Below are positions 27,009 to 40,860 of a stretch of 64,000 nucleotides of DNA, in pieces. Source of the stretch: Chrysomallon squamiferum. Lineage: Eukaryota; Animalia; Mollusca. The DNA is taken from contig CM022670.1 of NCBI GenBank assembly GCA_012295275.1, positions 32,364,001 through 32,428,000 on the forward strand. Direction: 5' to 3'. The notes below the pieces were generated by a model. That model saw nothing but the letters and a program-made list of their open reading frames with translations, searched no databases and was not told the origin of the DNA. Position 1 is the stretch's first letter; every line of letters starts with the position of its first letter. Both the position numbers and the translations under genes were made by a program.

Positions 27009-27187
27009 ATGGATAATCAAAACTCCAAATTACCACCACATTTATGGGACCGCAAGAGACACACCTTCACGAGAATCCGACCCTCGGAGCTTGCACCCAT
27101 TGACGAGCTGAACATGACACGTGTTTATTATGGAAGAAGACTTATTCTTGGCAAGCTGAATAGAAAGATTCCATCAGCTGATAGTTT
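27009..27187 (+). CDS. Alternative first coding exon (179 nt, phase 2 donor); MDNQNSKLPPHLWDRKRHTFTRIRPSELAPIDELNMTRVYYGRRLILGKLNRKIPSADS
   Basis: The ATG sits in a caaaATGg context, with an in-frame upstream stop (TGA 26952) and a GTAAGT donor at 27188. CpGs are retained. The peptide has a PKA-like RKRHT motif. Confidence 0.75.
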
Positions 27188-27259
27188 GTAAGTAATATTT
27201 TGTATTTACACACACACAAACACACACACACACACTGGGCTGAATGAGGTGAGCAATCG

Positions 27260-27925
27260 CCTAACCTGAATCTAGTGACTGGACACTGGTTTATTTTCAA
27301 CCTAGTCACCATTAACACATTAACACACGAACCTAGTTACCATTAGCACATTTAACATGAACCTAATGACTGTGGACAGGTTTAATATGAACCTAGTGAC
27401 TGCACACTTGGGCAACATGAACCTAGTGATTAAAAATAGAGAACCTTTCTTTACTAGTACAAGTTATCTGGTAGCTGTATATAGAGGTATGATTTGAAAA
27501 TAGTGGCTGTGTATTTATACTTGTATAATGTAAACATAGTGACTATATATAGTGGTATAATTGAAACTTAGTGACTATGTGAACCAGTATAATTTGAACA
27601 TACTGACTTCATGTATTGGTATAACAAACTTAATGAATTTGTGTAGTGGTGTTACAAACTCAGAGGTTTAATTTAAACAAAGTGACTGTATTTATATTGC
27701 TGTATAATTTGAACACAATTTCAGTAGAGTGACTACATAGGTTTTGGATAATTTAAACTTATTAATATGAACATGACTGTATAAAGGTGTATTTTGAACA
27801 GTGACAGTGTATACACTGGTAAATGTGATCATAGTGACTGTATGTATACAGGTATAAGTGAAACATGTTGCATGTCCTGGAATTATTTTAAAATACTGGC
27901 TATATATTGGTATTATTTAAATTAA
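27260..27925. repeat. Degenerate ~30 bp minisatellite (tgaacctagtgactgt...ggtataattt) just downstream of the 27009 exon
   Basis: Repeated aac(c/a)tagtgact and gtataattt words. Confidence 0.8.
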
Positions 27926-28212
27926 TTTTTATTATTAAAATGGTGGTCACTAGATATATGCATGTGGATATGTGACAGGAGGATGGTGTGAATACAGCTG
28001 GTGTTCAACCTGAAAAACACGTATATATTTACATTTATGTGTGTGTATATGTGTATGACAGAAAGAGCATATATATGTTTGTATTACTTATGTATGTGTG
28101 TATATTTGTGTGCATGTGTAGTAGGTAGGTGTTTGTCTGTGTGTATATATATATTTGCATGTTTGTATGTAATGTGTGTACATGTGTTTGTTTATGTTTG
28201 CATATATGTATG

Positions 28213-28218
<6 letters not shown>

Positions 28219-28266
<48 letters not shown>
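28219..28266. repeat. (TA)n microsatellite within RY-rich low-complexity DNA
   Basis: Perfect run. Confidence 0.95.
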
Positions 28267-28272
<6 letters not shown>

Positions 28273-29251
28273 GATAGATAATTGCATATAGATATTTCTA
28301 TCATGATAACGTTTCTTACCTTTTGATTATTTATTGAATCTGCCATCATAGAGAAACATTATGTGTATAGATTTATTAACATAGTATTATTAATTATTTA
28401 TTTCAAGTGAAAACAACTGTTGGCCATATGCAATACTAACAGAGACAAAGAATATATATATAGTGTAAAGTGGCCATATTCTGCCTTTATAAACAGTTTA
28501 TATTACATTTGGTCAAACAATAACTCAGTGAACACAAAAATTCAAGAATATCCCTCTATGACTGAGACGACATTTGATTCAATTCAAACATGTGTCATAA
28601 TAGAATTCATCATGTTTACTTTTACCATTATATGATACAATGTTGGTTTATAACACTATTGATATTCAGTGATATTTTATATTTAGTAGTTTGCCATACC
28701 TTTTCTTCAAACTGAAATCAGTACAGTTCTGATTGTTATGATTTGTGTATGTAAAAGTATCATATTTGCTAATTCAAAAGAATATGTTGTTAATGCAATT
28801 TTTTCTGCTGTCTTTTGTCACTGTTATAAATAATTATATTTCTGAGACTTGTCTAGAATTGTGTAAATGTATTCTGGGTAAGAATGAGGTGGCAATAAAA
28901 AGGATTATATGATAAAAACAAATTGTATATATTAATGTGAGTGTGTGTGTGAATGTATGTATGTCTGTATCCACATATAGACACGTTTATGTACATTGGT
29001 ATCTGTGTGTACATGTGTATGTCTGTGTGTGTCTAAATGAACATGTGTATATCTACACACATTCAAAATACACTGACACACACACACTGTGTGCATGAAG
29101 ATATAAAGATATCAAAAAATCAGCATGAAACACATGCTACAGGTAACATAGTTCAAAACAATTACCTGAGTTGACATTGATAATTGGCATAAGGTGTCCT
29201 TTAGTTTGATAATATTTTTAAATACTAAGTTCATCCAGTTCACTGTTTGAC

Positions 29252-29290
<39 letters not shown>

Positions 29291-30029
29291 TAAATATAAA
29301 TAATAATAATAATAAAAATAATTTGTATTATTAACTAGGACACATGTAGCCACTGTATTCAGATTATACCACAATGCAGTCACTAAATTTAAATTGTACC
29401 AAATGTAGAAATAATAAAAATGAACTTTTTGAGTATTTTAGTGTCACAGTACACTGAGTAACATGAGTGTCTGGTACATCACATCATGCCTGGGGAAGTC
29501 TACCTCAGCTGCTGTTCAGATGTCGGCCATCAGATGTTTGACAAATCAAAATGATTAATTTTCTTTTATGAAGGCAGATATGTTTTGTCCTTTTGGTAGG
29601 TTCTGTCCAACAATGCCCAACATGAATAACAAAAGTAGAATTCTATTTATAATAATAATAAAAGAATAATAACTAAAACAGTAATAACAACAACAATAAT
29701 AGTAATAATAACAGTAATAGTAATAATAATAACAATAATAACAACAATAACAGTAACAGTTGTCATGGTAGTAGTAATAATAATGATAATCATAATAATA
29801 ATAGCTGAGAAAACTGTAGTAATGTCAATAAATAGACTAAATACAGTAATAACCTATTCAGTCAAAATAAGCTGAAGAGAGATGAAATAAATACATTATT
29901 TCAGCAGTCAGTATTTGTTTTAGCCGTTTTTGTACCATGTGACCATACATATGCAAACAATGTGGCATTTAACTGTATTTGGATGTGAAAATAACTTAAA
30001 TTTAAAATACAGATGTAAAATATTTTAAG

Positions 30030-30430
30030 GACTTGAAAGACCATTATGCCAAATTGATAAAATCCAAAACATTTATTGTATTATAATAAAATCTGCAGAG
30101 ATATCCTGTAGTTTCCATTCCTACCCAAATAAAAACAAAAAAAGTGCAAGACTGTCATACAAAATTCATAAAATCCAAGCATACTTATACGTTATGGTTA
30201 TAATTAAAGATTAAATAATATGTGCTGGTAGGTACTGTCTTGCAAATCCCACTCCTATCCCAGTCACTAAATGAATAAATGCAAGATCATTATGCAACAG
30301 AAATAAAAAAAATTGGCATTTTGCTATAATAGTAATAGTACAAGGTTTAATAATAACACTTGTTGGTAGGTGGGTACCACCCCTACCCAAACATAACAGA
30401 ATAAATGCTAGACCACCATGCTCTTTATAA
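30030..30430. repeat. Degenerate ~120-135 bp tandem repeat
   Basis: Recurrent tggtaggt...cctacccaaa...aatgcaagaccattatgc. Confidence 0.5.
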
Positions 30431-30607
30431 TTACACTGTTAACATTATCCTGTTCTATAATTTAATTGTCTGTCTTGCTGCCAACTCAAATCCCTGGCCA
30501 TGTTGAGTGAACTTGAGCCTACAATAGAAATAAACATATTTTTAACATAACTGATTCATTTTGTATGTTACTTAAAATGTGAAAGATTAAATACAGAGTG
30601 CTCGTGG

Positions 30608-30752
30608 GACAATTTAAACAGCAGCTGTATCATCTAATAGTTTAAAATTGGCTGTAATATCTGGTATAGTTTAAACAGTGGCTGTAATATCTGATATAAT
30701 TTAAATTTGGCTGTAATATCTGATATAATTTAAACAGTGGCTGTATCATCTT
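30608..30752. repeat. ~30 bp minisatellite (ggctgtaatatctgatataatttaaacagt), about 5 units
   Basis: Direct inspection. Confidence 0.85.
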
Positions 30753-33029
30753 AAACATAGAGTAATATGAAGATTTCATTTTCAAAATTAAACACTGTTT
30801 TAAATTTCTCTTTATAAAATATTTAAAATGTTATTTAATTTAAAATCTAACACCTTTTATATAATATCAGTCATTTAACATATATTAACAAATTCCATTT
30901 GAAAGCAATATTATTAAATACTGATGTTCCGTTAATCATTTTTTGTTCTGAGAATAAAATAATATTTTAAAATATATGAATTTTTGAATATGTAGGTGTT
31001 TTGGCATTATAATTTTTTAAATTAAATTTTTTTTTTTTTTTTTAGGCAATATTCATCTGTAAATTTTAATGTATCATTATTATTATTATTTTATTTATTT
31101 TATGCATGCCCACAACATTTCTGCATCCAGTATTAAAAATAAAATTAATTACATATTTTTTATATAATAAAATATTACCATACAAGGGAGGTTTGTTTTT
31201 ATTTTCCTTGTATTATATTTTATGGGATATTTTAATATATAAATTGTATTTCATTTTCAAAATGTTTTACGAGATTTTCATTTTTCTTCACATATCGAGT
31301 TATAAAAATAAAATTGCATTTATACATATAACTAAATCAACATATTTAAATCTAATTATTTTTTATCACGTAGATGTGGTTTTCTTTTTGCATACTATAA
31401 TTCAGAATATTTTCACAAACAAAATGTATTTATGAATTTAGCAAGGTCATACACAGTAATAAAATTTCCTAACATTAAATATGAAATGAAATAGCAAACA
31501 ACAGTAATTAGTTAATAACAGTGTTATCCTGCATCTGGTTAAAACTGCCTTGCAGTTAGCAGCAGTTTCACCCAGGTAACCCAGGCAAAGAGTGCAATGT
31601 GCATGTTAAATTCAGGTTAAATATTTCTAAATGTTTATTTTCATTAACATTGGTTTAAATTATATTTTATTACTCTTTATATTTTATTGCTGAGGCCTTC
31701 ATTATTATTTTATTTAAGATTGTTATGTTCAGGGTTTCAGCATAATTTAATCTCTCTCTCACTAAATATAAACACACCAACATACACACACACAGACACT
31801 CACAGATTCATAGATATAAATAAGAATATTTATAGCAGTTAATTGCATCCACATGTGAAATAAAATAATATATTTTGATATAAAAGTTGTTTTGATTTGT
31901 TGTTTTTATTCTTCTTTTTAAATGTTTGTAGAGAATTCAGTGTGAGATATTTTTTATATATATATATTTCACATCTCAAGTATTTTCCAGAAACAGGTTC
32001 ATCCAGTTATAAAAAATAAAATTATAATTTTGCCACTAATTACATTGCAAATTCAAATGTAGCTTCATTTTAATATATTACAGCAACTGCTTTTTCTGTG
32101 AACCCTGTATACAGATTATATTAATAGGTTCTTTCTTAAATGTGTCATTTAAGTCTTCAGTATTTTATAATGTGAAAAATGTTAAAAAACTTTCCGAAAC
32201 TTTTGAAAAATACATTTTTAATTGTTTACTGAAATTTTAGCTATTTATCAGAAATGTGAAAATACTTTAAGAGCTTGTTTGAAATGTTTGAAAAAAAAAA
32301 AAAAAAAAAAAAAAGAATATCGTTAATTGTTTTGTTAATTTTTAAATATGTGTAAAATATTTTAAGGACTGTTTAAAAAAATTGAAATGTGTTTTAAAGA
32401 TTGAAATGCTTTGGGGGGAGAAAAAAACCAAAACATTTATAGGTTATATACTGAATTTAATACTGAGATAAAAATGTGATAATTGGTACTTAGAAGGTTT
32501 TCTCTCTCTCTTTCTCTCTCTTTTTTTTATCATTTTCTTGCATGCTGGCATTTTCAGGAAGCTTAATAATTCGTGTACTATTAACTCAACTGATAAACCA
32601 GTGGCAGTGACATGAAGGTGAAACATAATTGCATTTGCATTCTACTTAGAAATTCTATAGGGATTATTATGTTGTAAATTATGACACAAAAATGAAAATT
32701 AAACCATTAGTATGCCTTATCTTGTTACCTGATCTGCAGTTTGTTGGCTTCATGTTAGAAATCTCAGCATTCCTAAAAGCTGTCTTTGTATTGTAAATCA
32801 CTGGAGATAATTTCACTGACAAATATTGAGTTAGAAATGATTAACACATACAAAAGTTCCAAGTGTCTCAGTCTTGTCTTTATCAGTGATGACAGTGGTT
32901 GAGAAATAAAAAAATAAATGGACAGAAGATGTTAGGATCAAATATTGATACTAGCCTGTGCTGAAAGATTTGATACACAAACATTAAAACTTGTCTGATT
33001 TCTCTAATAAAATTTTAACTATGTTGTTA

Positions 33030-33510
33030 ATATACTAACTTAGATAAAAAGTGGACTATACATTATCAGCTACTCTATTTTCTGAACTTTCCTTTTAACT
33101 TACTAACATAGTTAACATACTAACCTTGACAAAAAAAATGGACTGTAGTTCACTGGTTGCAATGTTGGCCTCGTACATTAGTGTTCTGTTTTCTTCCACT
33201 GATCTTTTAACATACTAACTAAGATTAAGAGTAGATTCTACTTCAGTGGTTAGAATGTTAGCCTCATGCATTATAGCTTGCTCCATTTACTCCACTAATC
33301 TTTTAATTTACTAACACAGTTAACATACTAACCTAGATAGTGAGTAATGGCCTAACATTTTATGGGTTCCAGTATCAATCTCACTTTTATGTATTGCTTG
33401 TGCTATGTACTGTTCTAAGTAGGCTTAGTTCTTTTATTGAATGCTGAAAGCTACATTATAAATGATCCCTTTATGCTGTAAGTTAAGAGTATCTCAGCAT
33501 AGGTTACTAT
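33030..33510 (+). repeat. About 4 degenerate ~85-110 bp tandem units carrying tRNA/SINE-head-like A boxes, followed by a SINE core remnant
   Basis: Recurrent aacatactaacc(t)aga...gtggact(g)tagttcagtggtt(a)gaatgtt(a/g)gcctc; ataaatgatccctttatgctg at ~33457. Confidence 0.5.
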
Positions 33511-34074
33511 TTTTCTCTTATATATGTATATATGTATAGTGTAGGAAACTATCTCCAAGAGCTTATATCTCTTGATATTAAAATCTGCTAAACTTAATCA
33601 TTTCCTAGAAAAAATAAATCATAAATCATACAACAATTTTCAAGCTGTTCAGTACTTTGTCATTAAAGGTTTTGCTTTAAAAATAGAGAAATACAAATGT
33701 TTTAAAAATAAAGAACAAAACAGCTTTCTGAATGCATACATACTGTTACAGAGATCTTTTACATGTTGTGAGTTTTCTTAAAAATTGTTACAATTCTTGT
33801 TGAACTAATTTTGAAGCATTGATTGGATTGGGAAATTAGGAAAGACACATAAAACAGAAGATTTTAGTGTTGTTTTTTGTGGGTTTTTTTTTTTTAAAGT
33901 TATAACTTTCCAGTATTGCACAGGCTGTTAACTGAGATCAGTGTATATTTCTGAACCCAGTGACTTATTTTTAGAATTTGGTGAAACTACTGTTATTATC
34001 AGAACCAGCATTTAATAAAATTACTATCTTCATGTAACTCCCAGCCAGTCATAAGACAGTAATTAAAGATAGCA

Positions 34075-34268
34075 CATCATTATTTTTGTTGTTATTATTG
34101 TTATTTATTTATTTATTATTATTGGTTATTTGTTGTTATTGTTATTTTCATCCTGATTATTACTACTACTACTGTTATTATTATTTTTTTATTAAAAGGT
34201 AATTACATTTCTTAAAATGTTCCTACAAACTAATAGTAAATCAATTATTATCATTATCATTATTTTTA

Positions 34269-34304
<36 letters not shown>

Positions 34305-34372
34305 GTTATTATTATTATTATTATCATTATTACTATTATTATTATTATTATTATCATCATTATTATTATTAA
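34075..34372. repeat. Imperfect (ATT)n tract with a duplicated attaaaaggtaatta..gttcctacaaacta flank
   Basis: Direct inspection. Confidence 0.85.
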
Positions 34373-35619
34373 AAGGTAATTAAAGTTCCTACAAACTATG
34401 TCAATTATGAATGTAAAATTTATGAAATTTATCTTGATAAGAGTAATTATTTTGGAAGAATAAATATCATATTAGACTCCACTTACACAAACCACAAGTT
34501 TTATTATTAATATAATTTTTAGCACATGGTAATTTATATTATAGATTCTTCAATTTAATTTAAAAATCATTTCATAAAAACTCTTCACATACTGTAAATT
34601 AGTCAATAACTGAATATATTTACATGAATTATTATTTTTTTTTACTAAAGTTTCATTTTATATTTTTATGAACTACTGTAATTTAAATGGTAATCATTTA
34701 TTTAAAAAAAAAAAAAATATATATATATCTATATTTCTTGTCTAGAATAAAACAATTTTTTAAAAAATCTATCTTTTTATCTGGTTACAAAACCACAGAC
34801 AAGGCCAGTGGCAGGATTTTTAGAAGTAGTGGTTGTTAAGGAATTGTGAATATTGAAATTTTGTTAAATGTATGCATGTGTTTGTAACCGATTGACTGAC
34901 AAAATGTAATATAAATATTTCAAAAAGTTCATCACACCAAAAAATAAATAGATAAATAAAATAAGTTGATAAATAAAGATGTTTAATTTATTAAAGCTGT
35001 GAAATAGTTTTCACAGAAATAGAAGTCATGACATTTGATACTGTGACTAACCTGTACAAATGAAGTATTTCTCAATAATACCAAGCTATGTATTGATACT
35101 AACTATTAGGTTTACTGTGGCATTTACAGTTGTCCTGTAAATGAACTTTTTAAACTATTTATTGCTATTAAAATTTTAAGGCCTATAAAAATGTCTGATA
35201 TCGTTTGAGACTGACAAAAAAACAAAACAATGAAAAAACACAACCCAAAGAAGGTAAATCTATCCTTGTAGATTTCTGAAAAGTAGACGTTTACTTTGTC
35301 CCATGGATGCTTAGTTTACAGGGTCCCCCCCCCACACACACATGCAGACATTCACACACACACACACACACACACCCGTATATAATACTTATATATACAA
35401 ACATACATTTAAGCAAACATTTACATATATTTATATATACATGTACAAATATACATAATAAAAACCCAAACACAGGTACATCCATCCATACATAATATAT
35501 ACATACAAATATCCATACATACAAACATGTTTGCATACCTACATACTGTATACATACATTCATACATATATTTATACAAACATACATACAAACATATGTA
35601 CATCATCATGATACAAAAA

Positions 35620-35725
35620 AAGAAACTGTTGCTATTACTCCTTAGGCCATCATTAAGAGATATTTTGCATGCATCTTCACAAATTCAAGAAAGCACATAC
35701 CATCCTTTCTGTATAAACTGTTACC
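35620..35725 (-). mobile_element. SINE fragment
   Basis: gaaactgttgct...gatattttgcatgcatc...agcacataccatcctt. Confidence 0.45.
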
Positions 35726-37589
35726 AGACAATTTAAACATAATATTTCAATTTTTATATTGATCTACTCTTTGTTTCTGTTCCTGGCATCTGTCAATCTG
35801 CAGTTTATCATGAAAAAAACATTTAAAGAACTATTTATTTTTAATGTTTATTCACAGATATCAACAGACAAAAACCTCTGTAAGTTCACATTTACCTGTG
35901 TTTATTCATTTCCAGTAATCATCTGTTTTTTGCTTTTTTTATGACTTGTTTGTTATTTCTTACAGGCTCACAGTTTGAAAATAATTGATTTAAATGTTTT
36001 AAACTTGAAATGTATTGCACTGTATTTCCTGTTTAGATCTCATCTGCTGTAAGATGAATGCATTTTTTTTAGTTGTTGTTCTTTTTGTTGTTTTTTCTCT
36101 TTTCTATTTTATGATTTTTGTTGCTTTATTTTTTATTCTTATTATTTCTATTTGATAATGATACTACTATCAATGTACCCCTCATAGTAATGTATGAGAA
36201 ACCAAAACTATTTTTTCATTTTATTATTTTGATTTTGTTTTAAAACTGTTAGTTTCATTTTAATATTTTTATTTTGTTTTGAATCTACCCTTTTCATTTT
36301 AGTATTTTAATTTTATTTTTATTATTACCATTTTCATATATTGTTTTTTGTTTTTGTTTTAAAATAAGGAGTTTCATTTTAATATTTTTATTTTGTTTTA
36401 AAGTTAATTTGTTTTAAAATTAATTTTATTGTTAGTACTTAGATTTTGTTTTAAAATGATCATTTTATTTTAATATTTTGACATAGTTTGTCAAGTTTCT
36501 TACTGTAGTGGGAATGTAAAAAAACCATTATCAACCTTCTAATAATGAATTAATTTTATATATATGCTGGATTCTTCTTTCATTGTAAATATATGTATTA
36601 TGTCATATAACCCTTCAAAATACACAGTTACAACAAGATCTCTTGTGTGTTGTACCATGATTTAGTAGTGAAGAACATTTCTTCATTTACTTCCAGGTTT
36701 AAAAAACCCATTATAATGTACATTTTGGATCATTGTTTTCATTCTTGAGATCAGCTCATTTTTGATCCGTGGTAGGAAGAGGTCATATGATTAGACTTGA
36801 AAATATTTTCAATTTTATGTTTGAGTGTTTCAGATAACAAATAGATGTTTGTGTAATACCAGCTACAATGTTAACTGTTTATTTCTGGGGTTTTCCTCTG
36901 AAGGGTGACATTTTACAAGAAGCATGGATTATCACATCATGAATCTGCTGAAGGGCAAACACTTAATGTCTAATGAATCCACTTCTGTTTGGAAGAATCA
37001 TCTGCCATTACTGAACTGACCAGTCAATACAGATAATTAATGATTTTTTCTGTTGTACTGGTTCCAGGGCTGCTCGTATTTGGCATTTTTCTGTCTGGAC
37101 TCTTCTGTGTTAACAGTTTAATAATCTGTTTTCATTTTCTAAAATTGTACCTTATACACTGAAAGATCCCTATAAAAGTGAACTTAAAACTTATACTTCT
37201 AATCTCTGAAATATCCATTCAAGTTTGAAAAGAAATGCAGATCTTTACAGATGTTATTATTAATGTATGTGTGTACTCTGTTGTTGTGTATATGCATATA
37301 AATGTGTATAAGTAAATACATGTGTATAGATTAACAATATAATATAAAAAGCCACAGTATAAAAACTGCTGGTATGAATGTATTATTATTAATATTACTG
37401 TTACTGAGAAAAACATTTGTAATAAGACAGATTTTGAAAATAAAGAATTTCTTTTCAGTATATTTATATAATAAAATAGATTTATCAGAACTTATTTAAT
37501 TGGTTAGGTAGGTTTAGGACAAAACTGTTTGTAATATGCACACAAAATATATATACAACAATCTTTAGTATGCTTTATTGTTCAACTGA

Positions 37590-37850
37590 TCACAAATTTA
37601 CATTAAAATTCTTATCAAGTTCATTTGGAGTTAGTAACTTTAAAATAATGTTTTCTATTAACTTAAACATTTTGCATTAAAATTTTTAACAAAATCATTA
37701 GATCTTATTAACTTGAAAATATTTACATTAAAAATCTTACTAAGTTCACTAGTTCTTATAAACTTAAACAAAATTTACATTGAAAATCTTATATAAACTT
37801 TAAAAAATTTTCATTAAAAATCTTCATCAGTTCTTATTAACTTTAAATGT
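37590..37850. repeat. Degenerate AT-rich minisatellite (aaatttacattaaaaatctta / agttcttattaacttaaa)
   Basis: Direct inspection. Confidence 0.7.
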
Positions 37851-38510
37851 TTGTTTCTTTATTTATTCAGACCTTTTAAATAATTATCCCTGATGTAAAA
37901 TGTACTTTAAAAAAAAAGAATAATTACACATTACTTGTAAATATTTATGTAATATTGCATTATACATGACTTTACTTGTATTGTAGTGATTAAATTCTTG
38001 AGATAGCAGCAAATAGCTTGCCAGATGTTTGTAGTCTGATATTACAAACCACTGTTAACCTGGCCTTCGGTTTAAATATTGTTTGCACACACACACTTAC
38101 CTCTGTCGGCCAAATTAATGTTAATGACACCTTTTTCTGGCTTTTATGTGTCAAGGTGGGGAAAAAAGTTACTGTTTATAGATTTTTCAAATGTCTTCAA
38201 ATGCATTTATCTTCTTTTAATTGCTTTGAAATTGTAGTGTCGTAATATTTACATATTTTTAGGTATAATGTTTATATTGTGGTCTTGTTATTGAATTAAA
38301 TCAGCCAAAGAAAATGAATGTGATTTGTTTGTTTTCAATTTTTTTTAAAGAAAGATAATAAAAGAGAACGTAACTGAAACCAAGTAGGTTGAAACTCATG
38401 CAGAATATAGCTGAATGACAGAATGTTTTTCTCAAATACACAGAAACAGAAAGTAGATACACACACATTTTTTTTTTTTTTCCCAAACATATAAGGTAAA
38501 AAGTGAAAGG

Positions 38511-38558
<48 letters not shown>

Positions 38559-38640
38559 AATAATTATAATAAAACAACAAAAAATATAATAAGTAAATAA
38601 AACAATAAATAATAATAATAATAATAATGATTATAATAAT
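38511..38640. repeat. (CAA)n/(TAA)n microsatellite
   Basis: Direct inspection. Confidence 0.9.
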
Positions 38641-40489
38641 AAAATAACAAAAAATAAAGACAGAAAAAAGTAAATAAACAAAAAATGATAATAAGGTCAC
38701 AATATAAACAATAAAAACAATAAAATAAATAAAAAGTATAAAAGTAAATATAATAAATAATTAAATAGTAACTAACAATTTTAAACTTAAATTAATAGAA
38801 ATCTAATATTTTTAATTTTCTAGTTGAGAAAAACAGTAAATCTTTGGCAGTTTGATAATGTTCATGCAGCTCTGAGTACAACATGAGTATAAAATGTTAA
38901 TGGCAACAGTCTAACTCTAGTTTATTCTACTCTTAATAAGTGAATCCTGGATAATACTGAAAGTAAATTTCTTGTACTGACCAAAATAAATCTCATGCTG
39001 ATATTGAATGTGATTCTTTATTAGTTAACTTTTATTGTGACAGCAGGCATGCAGTAGACCACCATTTAAAATCATCCAATTATTCATTATGATTCTGCTA
39101 TTTTGTATCAAAAACCAAGTATTCTTTATTACTGTATATCTTCTCTTAAAACAGTTTTATTTATAAATCCTGTATTATAATGCTGATGTTTTTACTTCCA
39201 ATTTATTCTACTCTTTGCAAATATCTGAATTTCATTGTTTCTTCTCTCATCACACACAAAACACACACACACACACACACACAAGGGGAAATAACACACC
39301 CACCTATAGATTCTATTTCTCAAAAAAACTTGTGACAAATACAGTTTATGATATATATATATATATATAAATTTTCTGGATAGTTACTTTTCTTATTTCC
39401 TTTTCTTTTAATTTAAAAAAAATTTAAAAATATATTTACCTCTTGCCCTTTTGATAGCTCTGTTGTCATGACAGACTTCTTAATTGACTTCATCTGTTTC
39501 TGTGATCAGAAATGTCCTGGGGAGTGTATGTAATGTGTATATATAATAATAATAAATTACACTGGATGGAATAAACTCAGTAACCTAATAGTTACAGCGT
39601 CATCATTTGCTATTTCTGGGCATGTAAGATGTGTGTCGTGTTGCAGGCATCCAAGTTTCTTTTTCACTTCTGTATCTTCTGGCAGAAAAAGACAAAAATT
39701 CTATAGACAGATATAAATTGCGAGTGGAAATTTTTCTCCTTCATTTTAAAGACTTTTTTTCTTTTATTAGCAGATATTAAATTTAAACTGGCTGATGTGG
39801 TAGACTGCTTATATTTCCAGTTCTGTATATGTTCCTAATATCTGTGGTAATGCAGATATTTTCTTCACATTTTTCTTCTTAATCAATGAGTGTGTATGTC
39901 TGTGATTGAACATTTACTAAAAAACCCATTATTATCAAGTACAAATCTAAAATAAATGTCAACAGTGGGAATTGTGGTATTATCTTAAAAATGTTTATAA
40001 TGAAAAATGAATTTTGAAATTTAAGCAGAATTTTTTGTTGTTGTTTGTTACTTTTTTAACTTACTGATTATTGTTTCTGAAAATAGAGTTTGATAATATT
40101 TGAAATTAATACAGTAAGAATCAATATTAAATTTAAAAAAAAAGAAAGAAGAAAAGTAAAATAAAGAATTGAAATAAAATTAAATTAAAAGAAAATAAAT
40201 TTAAATTAAATCAAAATAAAATGAAATTTAAAGACATACAGAAATAATAAACTGAAATCAAAATAATTTTTTTCATCAGCAGTTCAGTAGAATTTGTTTT
40301 CAAATATTATTAATTAATAAAAGCTTCTAAATAAAGGTTACCATGTTTTACAACATATGTTTTTATATTTTTGGCAGGGTCATTGAAAATCACATTCCAA
40401 CCTTCACAGATATCATAAGATAGCAACCAGTTATCACACACACACACACACACACTAATTTATACGTGAAAATTCACAAAACTGTATTT

Positions 40490-40592
40490 GAAGCTGTAAA
40501 TTTACTATACTTGATTTATATATACCTGTTAGTTTACTATACTTGATTCATTTAAACCTGTAAGCTTACAAAACTTGATTTATTTAAATCTG
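40490..40592. repeat. ~32 bp minisatellite (tttactatacttgattta..taaacctgt), about 3 units
   Basis: Direct inspection. Confidence 0.7.
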
Positions 40593-40644
40593 CTGTAAAA
40601 TAAATAAAAATATAATACCTAAACATTGCATGACTTGTAACACA

Positions 40645-40860
40645 TATATTTTTAACAACATCTTCAACACATTTATATGATATTTTGTATGATGTGTAAA
40701 CCTAATTTATGTTTAATGTCACCAGAGAATTAAAACAAATATTTAAATATGGAAATAAAACACAATCTTGGCTACACTAAGCCAACATGGATCTTCTGTA
40801 GGCTGTTTACATATTTAGCAAACCACATGCTAAGGGCTGGAATGGGGAAAAAATAGATAT
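40645..40860 (-). mobile_element. SINE copy
   Basis: tttaacaacatcttcaacacattt (3' end)...ggctacact...ggatctt...ggctggaatggggaaa. Confidence 0.5.

Noticed and set aside
33140-33280. tRNA genes
   Set aside because: Only A-box-like remnants are present, with no cloverleaf or intact B box.
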